The notes beneath the pieces are model-generated. The model was not told the origin of the DNA, ran no database searches, and saw only the letters and a list, made by a program, of their open reading frames with translations. A stretch of 63,985 nt of DNA, the filler included, from Candidatus Hydrogenedentota bacterium (GTDB lineage: Bacteria; JBFMHD01): the NCBI GenBank assembly GCA_040752395.1. It is 5 parts of 5 records of this genome, joined end to end, with 100 filler letters (N's around TTAATTAATTAA, not from the genome) between each part and the next. Parts side by side here need not be neighbours in the genome. Positions count along the whole stretch, not along the records: positions 55,665 to 63,985 come from JBFMHD010000122.1; 4 more parts are not named here. One strand, given 5' to 3'. Shown here one piece after another: positions 58,299-63,985 of the stretch; position 1 is the first letter of the stretch; each line of letters begins with the position of its first letter. Position numbers and translations under genes: made by a program.

Positions 58299-59439
58299 AA
58301 TTATTATGAAGAATATTCCAATTATTAAACCATTTTTTAACAAGAAAGAGGAAACCAGCGTATGCCGAGTGCTTCGTTCCGGCTGGGTAACTCAGGGGAC
58401 TAAGGTGGCTGAATTTGAAAAAAGGTTTTGTGAATTTATAGATGCAAAATATGCGATTGCGGTCTCCTCTTGTACTACAGCGCTTCATCTCGCACTAATA
58501 GTTAATCAAATAGATAGAGATGATGAAGTGATCCTTCCATCGCTTACTTTTATTGCAACTGCCAACGTTGTTTTGTATTGCGGTGCCAAACCTGTTTTTG
58601 TTGATATAGATTGGCGTACCTTTAATATAGACTCAGACAAAATAGAAAATTCGATCAGTCCTAATACTAAAGCTATTATTGTAGTTCATCAGATGGGTCT
58701 CCCTGCTGATATGGACAGGATTTATAAAATTGCTGAAAAACATAAGTTAAAAGTTATTGAAGATGCTGCTTGCGCTATAGGTTCTAAATACAAAGGCAGA
58801 TTTATAGGCGCTGATTCCACCCTGGCTTGTTTCTCTTTTCATCCAAGAAAATTATTAACTATGGGTGAAGGAGGTATGATAACCACTAATAATAAGAAAT
58901 ATGAAAAATATATTAGATTGCTTAGACATCAAGGTATGTCTGTAAGTGATATTAAAAGACATTCTTCTAATAAAGTTATTTTTGAAAAATATAATATTGT
59001 CGGTTATAATTACAGATTAACAGATTTACAAGCAGCGATAGGTATTGAACAGCTTAATAAATTACAAGAAATTATTGAAAAAAGAATAAGGCTTGCTCAA
59101 AGATATAATGAGAAATTTAAAAATAAAGATTATTTAATTACTCCATTTGTCCCTGAATATGCTTATACCAATTATCAATCTTATTGTGTATATATAAAAA
59201 GTAAAAAGAATAAAACAAGAAATGGATTGATGAATTATTTAATGAGCAAACATATTTCAACAAGAAGGGGGATAATGTGCATACATAGAGAAAAACCATA
59301 TATTGAAATATCGAAAAACTGCAACCTTAAAAATTCTGAATATGCATCGGACAATTCTATTATTCTTCCTCTTTACCATCAAATGAAAAAAGAAGAGCAG
59401 GATTATATAATAAGAAGTATAGAAGAATATTTTGAATAA
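58288..59439 (+). CDS. DegT/DnrJ/EryC1/StrS aminotransferase (start may be 58306)
   Basis: SSCTTALH, EDAACA, FSFHPRK and GYNYRL. Confidence 0.94.
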   Translation: MIYKIIMKNIPIIKPFFNKKEETSVCRVLRSGWVTQGTKVAEFEKRFCEFIDAKYAIAVSSCTTALHLALIVNQIDRDDEVILPSLTFIATANVVLYCGAKPVFVDIDWRTFNIDSDKIENSISPNTKAIIVVHQMGLPADMDRIYKIAEKHKLKVIEDAACAIGSKYKGRFIGADSTLACFSFHPRKLLTMGEGGMITTNNKKYEKYIRLLRHQGMSVSDIKRHSSNKVIFEKYNIVGYNYRLTDLQAAIGIEQLNKLQEIIEKRIRLAQRYNEKFKNKDYLITPFVPEYAYTNYQSYCVYIKSKKNKTRNGLMNYLMSKHISTRRGIMCIHREKPYIEISKNCNLKNSEYASDNSIILPLYHQMKKEEQDYIIRSIEEYFE

Positions 59440-59459
59440 TTATTAAAAATTAATATAAA

Positions 59460-60965
59460 ATGAAAAATAGAAAAATTAAAAAAGTTTTGCTCTTTGTACC
59501 ACCAGCATATACCTTCAAAAATTATATAGATATTAATCCACTCCCATCTTTAGGTTTAGCATATATCGCCGCGGTTTTAAGACTCAGGGGGATAGAAGTA
59601 AAGATTGTGGATTCTCTACTTAATGGATGGAACAATAGAGAAATTATCACTGAAGAGATAATTAGAATCGGGTTGCCATTTGAAAAAATTGAAAGAATAA
59701 TTATCGAAGAAAGTCCCGAGGTTGTCGGTGTTAATTGCTTGTTTACAAAACAGCGAGAAAATGCCCATAAAATATTTGAGATATCAAAAAAAATTAATAA
59801 GGATATTATTAATATAGCGGGTGGCCCGCATCCTTCAGCGATGCCGGAACTCGTGCTATCAGACCCTAATCTCGATTGGGTTGTGATTGGTGAAGGTGAA
59901 CAGACGCTTTTTGATATAGTTGATACTATTGAAGGGAAGAAAGATTTCTCGATATTAGATGGTGTGGGTTTTCGGCATAATGGAGATATAAAAATAATCC
60001 CCAAAACAAGATATATTACTGATCTCGATTCTTTGCCGTTCCCTGCAAGAGAGTTATTGAATATGAAAGATTATTTTGGTTTAAAGTCATCTCACGGCAC
60101 AAGAGAGCGAGAGAGATTTTCTCCGATTATAACCTCCCGCGGTTGTCCCGCTAAATGTACTTTCTGTTCCGCACATAAAGTATGGGGACACAAATATCGT
60201 GTTCGTTCTCCTGAAAATGTTATTTTAGAAATGAGAGAATTAAAAGAAAAATACGATATCGAAGAAATTATGTTTGAAGATGATAATTTTAATCTTGATG
60301 TTAAAAGAGCAAACAAAATTTTGGATATGATGATACAGGAAAAATTCAATTTTATATGGAATACTCCCAATGGCTTCTCTGCATGGACAGTAACAGAAGA
60401 TTTTCTTTTTAAAATGAAAGAGAGTGGGTGCTCGAGAGTTAGCTTCGCTATCGAATCCGGCAACCAGTTTGTTTTAGATAATATTATTAAAAAGCCGATT
60501 AGACTTGAAAAAATTAAAAACCTGATAAAATACGCTAAGAAAATCAAATTAAAGGTGGGTATATTTTTGATTGTTGGTATGCCAGGGGAAACCAAAGAAC
60601 AGATCTGGGATACATTCAAACTTGCAGAAGAACTTGAGATCTATGAACCTTTTATATCAGTAGCTGCTCCATATCCCGGCTCTGAAATATATGAGATATG
60701 TAAAGAAAAAAAATATTTTTCAAAGAATTATTCTCTTGATAATTTATATATCAGGGGGTTCCCTATTACAACTGAAGAATGGACAGATGAGGAATTAAAG
60801 AAAATTTTACAGGATGGCAAGACTTATTTATATTTTTCTTTTTTAAAAAACAAACCATTTAAGTTTCTTCAGTGGTTTGTTCCGAGATTTATGGAATACC
60901 CCATACCAATACTAAAAAGAATAACGAGTTATTTTATTGAAAAATTGCAAAAGTTAATATTATGA
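59460..60965 (+). CDS. B12-binding-domain radical SAM protein
   Basis: LGLAYIAA, GGPHPS, GEGE and TSRGCPAKCTFC. Confidence 0.93.
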   Translation: MKNRKIKKVLLFVPPAYTFKNYIDINPLPSLGLAYIAAVLRLRGIEVKIVDSLLNGWNNREIITEEIIRIGLPFEKIERIIIEESPEVVGVNCLFTKQRENAHKIFEISKKINKDIINIAGGPHPSAMPELVLSDPNLDWVVIGEGEQTLFDIVDTIEGKKDFSILDGVGFRHNGDIKIIPKTRYITDLDSLPFPARELLNMKDYFGLKSSHGTRERERFSPIITSRGCPAKCTFCSAHKVWGHKYRVRSPENVILEMRELKEKYDIEEIMFEDDNFNLDVKRANKILDMMIQEKFNFIWNTPNGFSAWTVTEDFLFKMKESGCSRVSFAIESGNQFVLDNIIKKPIRLEKIKNLIKYAKKIKLKVGIFLIVGMPGETKEQIWDTFKLAEELEIYEPFISVAAPYPGSEIYEICKEKKYFSKNYSLDNLYIRGFPITTEEWTDEELKKILQDGKTYLYFSFLKNKPFKFLQWFVPRFMEYPIPILKRITSYFIEKLQKLIL

Positions 60966-62083
60966 AAAAGATCAGGTTATCGAAATCTGTTGTAGGTATT
61001 AGAGAAAAAAAGGCTCTTTCTAAAGTTATAGATCATAGCTATTTAGGTATGGGTGATTTTGTTAAAGAGTTTGAGGAGAAATTAAAAGTATACCTGAAGC
61101 GAGAAGTGGTATGTGTAAATTCAGGTACCGCAGCTTTACATCTTGCATTAATGGCATTAAATCTTAATCAAGGTGCTGAGGTTCTGGTTCAATCTTTGAC
61201 CTATGTTGCCACATACCAGGCTATAAAAGCTGCAGGCTATAAACCGGTATCCTGCGAGATAGTGCCGCAAACTTGTACCATAGATTTAGATGACGCAAAA
61301 AGAAAAATAACAGATAAAACAAAGGTGATTCTACCGGTACATTATGCTGGCAGAACTGGTAATTTGGAGCAAATTTATAATTTTGCAAGAAAGTATAATT
61401 TACATGTTGTAGAGGATGCAGCCCATGCCTTTGGAACGATTTATAAAAATAAAAAAATAGGGTCTTTTGGTGAGATCGTATGTTTTAGTTTTGATGGTAT
61501 AAAAAATATAACATCTGGTGAGGGCGGCGCTGTTGTGACCTCGGATAACAAGGTATTAGAATATGTAAGAGATGCCAGGTTATTAGGTGTTCATAAAGAT
61601 ACGGAGAAAAGATATAATGGAAAAAGGAGCTGGGAATTTGATGTTTTTTTTCAGGGATATAGATATCATATGAGCAACCTCTTCGCTGCTATAGGAATTG
61701 TGCAACTTGCAAGATTTGAAAAAGAGTTTAAAATAAAAAGACAGATTCTGGCTAAAAATTATCATAAAAGATTAAGCAAGATAAAAGATATTGAGTTATT
61801 TCCTGATGACTATGATAGAGTTGTGCCACATATTTTTCCTATAAGAATCTTGAATAATAAAAGAGATAGATTAAGAGGTGTTCTTGAGAAACATAACATT
61901 GAGACCGGTATACATTATTATCCGAATCATTTATTATCTTATTTCAGGAATAAAAATGAAAGATTACCAGTAACTGAACGGATTTACAAAGAGTTAATTA
62001 GTCTGCCACTACATCCAGAGCTCACTAAACAAGACCAGGATAGAATTATAAAAATCTTAAAAAAGGAGATAGAACGACTATGA
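60962..62083 (+). CDS. DegT/DnrJ/EryC1/StrS aminotransferase
   Basis: NSGTAALH, EDAAHA and FSFDGIKNITSGEGG. Confidence 0.94.
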   Translation: MKKIRLSKSVVGIREKKALSKVIDHSYLGMGDFVKEFEEKLKVYLKREVVCVNSGTAALHLALMALNLNQGAEVLVQSLTYVATYQAIKAAGYKPVSCEIVPQTCTIDLDDAKRKITDKTKVILPVHYAGRTGNLEQIYNFARKYNLHVVEDAAHAFGTIYKNKKIGSFGEIVCFSFDGIKNITSGEGGAVVTSDNKVLEYVRDARLLGVHKDTEKRYNGKRSWEFDVFFQGYRYHMSNLFAAIGIVQLARFEKEFKIKRQILAKNYHKRLSKIKDIELFPDDYDRVVPHIFPIRILNNKRDRLRGVLEKHNIETGIHYYPNHLLSYFRNKNERLPVTERIYKELISLPLHPELTKQDQDRIIKILKKEIERL

Positions 62084-62847
62084 AGACGGTAATTTTATGT
62101 GGTGGGTTAGGCACAAGATTGCGTGAAGAAACAGAGGTAAAACCAAAACCGATGGTTGAGGTTGGAGGCAAACCAATTCTCTGGCATATATTGAATATAT
62201 ATTATCATTGGGGATATCGTGAATTCGTTCTTGCGCTCGGTTATAAAGGTGAGATCATAAAAGAATATTTTCTGAATTATTATTATTTAGCAAATGATTT
62301 TACTATTACACTGAAGAACGGGAAAGCAAAATCAGTAAGACGTAAACATATTGATTGGAAGATTGATCTTGTCGATACAGGTCTTTCCACGATGACCGGA
62401 GGTAGACTATATCGTCTCCGTGACAAATTGCGTAAAAATACATTTATGCTGACGTATGGCGATGGTGTCGCTGACATTAATATAAAACACTTGCTTGAGT
62501 TCCATAAAAAACATAAAAAGATCGCTACTGTAACTGCGGTAAGACCTGTGGCACGGTTTGGCGAGATTATTGTTGATGATAAACAGGTGATTTCTTTTAA
62601 AGAAAAAGCTCAAATTAGAGAAGGATGGATTAACGGAGGTTTTTTTGTATTTGAACCGAAATTTTTAGAGTACCTTGATGGCGATGAATGTGTTTTAGAG
62701 GGTGAGCCGATGGAACGACTGGTAAGCGATGGTCAGTTAATGGCTTTCAAACATAATGGTTTCTGGCAATGTATGGATACTTATCGTGATAAACAGCTTC
62801 TTGAAACTTTATGGAGCAAAGGAGAGGCACCGTGGAAAATCTGGTAA
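62080..62847 (+). CDS. rfbF: Glucose-1-phosphate cytidylyltransferase
   Basis: GGLGTRLREET..KPKPMVE, TMTGGR, LTYGDG and FWQCMDT. Confidence 0.95.
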   Translation: MKTVILCGGLGTRLREETEVKPKPMVEVGGKPILWHILNIYYHWGYREFVLALGYKGEIIKEYFLNYYYLANDFTITLKNGKAKSVRRKHIDWKIDLVDTGLSTMTGGRLYRLRDKLRKNTFMLTYGDGVADINIKHLLEFHKKHKKIATVTAVRPVARFGEIIVDDKQVISFKEKAQIREGWINGGFFVFEPKFLEYLDGDECVLEGEPMERLVSDGQLMAFKHNGFWQCMDTYRDKQLLETLWSKGEAPWKIW

Positions 62848-63940
62848 ATCTTTTTAATAGCGTATACAATACCAGACGTGTTTTAGTAACAGGAAACACT
62901 GGTTTTAAAGGTTCTTGGCTTACTTTATGGTTGCTTAAATTAGGAGCTAGAGTTGCAGGTTTTTCATTAGATAATCCCTCAGTACCATGTAATTTCGAAG
63001 TGTGTAATTTAAAGAATAATATTACGCATTTTCAGGCTGATATTCGTAACCTTGAAGATATCAAAGAAGCTATAGATAGTTTTGAACCTGAGATAGTTTT
63101 TCATTTGGCTGCACAGTCTATTGTTAAGAAATCATTTGATGTGCCGAAATTGACTTTTGATACAAACATTGGCGGAACAATCAACGTCCTTGAGTGTTTA
63201 AAACAATCAAGAACTGTGAAGGCAGCTGTCATAATTACAAGTGATAAATGTTATCTAAACAAAGAATGGGATTTTGGATACAGAGAGATAGATACTCTTG
63301 GGGGCGAAGACCCGTACAGCGCATCAAAAGCATGTGCTGAAATTGCAACGAGAGCATATATTGAATCTTTTTTTAAAAAGAAGAAATCTGTTAAGATAGC
63401 AACGGTACGTGCAGGAAACGTTATCGGTGGAGGCGATTGGGCACAATACAGGATACTCCCTGACTGTATAAGAGCTTGGAACAAGAAAAAATACCTATCA
63501 TTAGAAACCCAGAATCGACTCGACCATGGCAGCATGTTTTAGAGCCCTTAAGCGGGTATCTATGGCTGGGAGCAAACCTTATAACTCAACCGAATAATCT
63601 TTCTGGCGAGAGCTTTAATTTTGGACCAGATAGTGAGGTTATTAGAACCGTCAGAGAACTCGTCGAGATGTTTTTAAAATATTTTGGTGAACATAAATGG
63701 AAACATATACCGGATGACTCTGATAAAAAAGAATCTATCCTTTTAAAACTTTGCTGTGACAAAGCCCTGAACAGATTAAAGTGGCATTCTGTTCTCTCGT
63801 TTGATGAAACTGTGAGGCTTACTGCTTTATGGTATAAAGAGTATTATCAGGATCAAAAAAATATGTATGATTTTTCAATCGACCAGATAGATTATTATGT
63901 TAATAAAGCCAGAGAATTGGGACTTGTCTGGACCACCTGA
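62832..63940 (+). pseudogene. rfbG: CDP-glucose 4,6-dehydratase, frameshifted in an A-run at 63486-63491
   Basis: TGNTGFKGSWL, TSDKCY, YSASK and RAGNVIGGGDW; IRNPESTRPWQHVLEPL continues in another frame. Confidence 0.88.
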
Positions 63941-63950
63941 ACCGAAAATT

Positions 63951-63985
63951 ATGATAACAGATGTTATAATCCAGCCGCTTAAAGT
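63951..63985 (+). CDS. Start of the next gene (MITDVIIQPLK), possibly a sugar 3,5-epimerase; truncated
   Basis: ATG just after rfbG; only 11 codons visible. Confidence 0.4.
   Translation, partial: MITDVIIQPLK

Noticed and set aside
570..63535. Many short antisense or overlapping ORFs in the track
   Set aside because: Shadow frames of well-supported genes, with no motifs.

Overview
An AT-rich genome of a probably diderm bacterium (OmpA, beta-barrel and lipoprotein genes). The window joins five contigs with artificial N/TTAATTAATTAA spacers at 26233-26332, 36040-36139, 45820-45919 and 55565-55664. Coding content is mostly ordinary: amidase-pgeF-accD-folC, HDOD/MBL, rlmD, an NtrC-like regulator, HtrA, LysM, mtnA, OmpA proteins, a GGDEF cyclase, DUF58/BatA, a HEPN-MNT pair, a sugar ABC transporter, PilZ, rplU-prp-rpmA, nuoJKLMN, a MalK-type ATPase, glnS, FapA, cca, DUF362, two tRNAs and a partly decayed nucleotide-sugar locus. 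The outstanding feature is non-coding: about 19 copies of a modular intergenic repeat family. It is built from ordered arrays of different 7-8 bp units, several in inverted pairs, and 12 copies end in a conserved ~30-35 bp cap (..TATTAGAGTTACAATGTTTTTCAGAGGAG) placed just before the next gene's start. Copies also follow both tRNAs, reach into gene termini and signal peptides, and carry nested mini-insertions. Other notable items are an intact-looking Prp protease next to an L27 that lacks the cleavable extension, an internally deleted group II intron, MITE and IS-end remnants, a GYF_2-ComEC-like fusion and deletion-collapsed pseudogenes.
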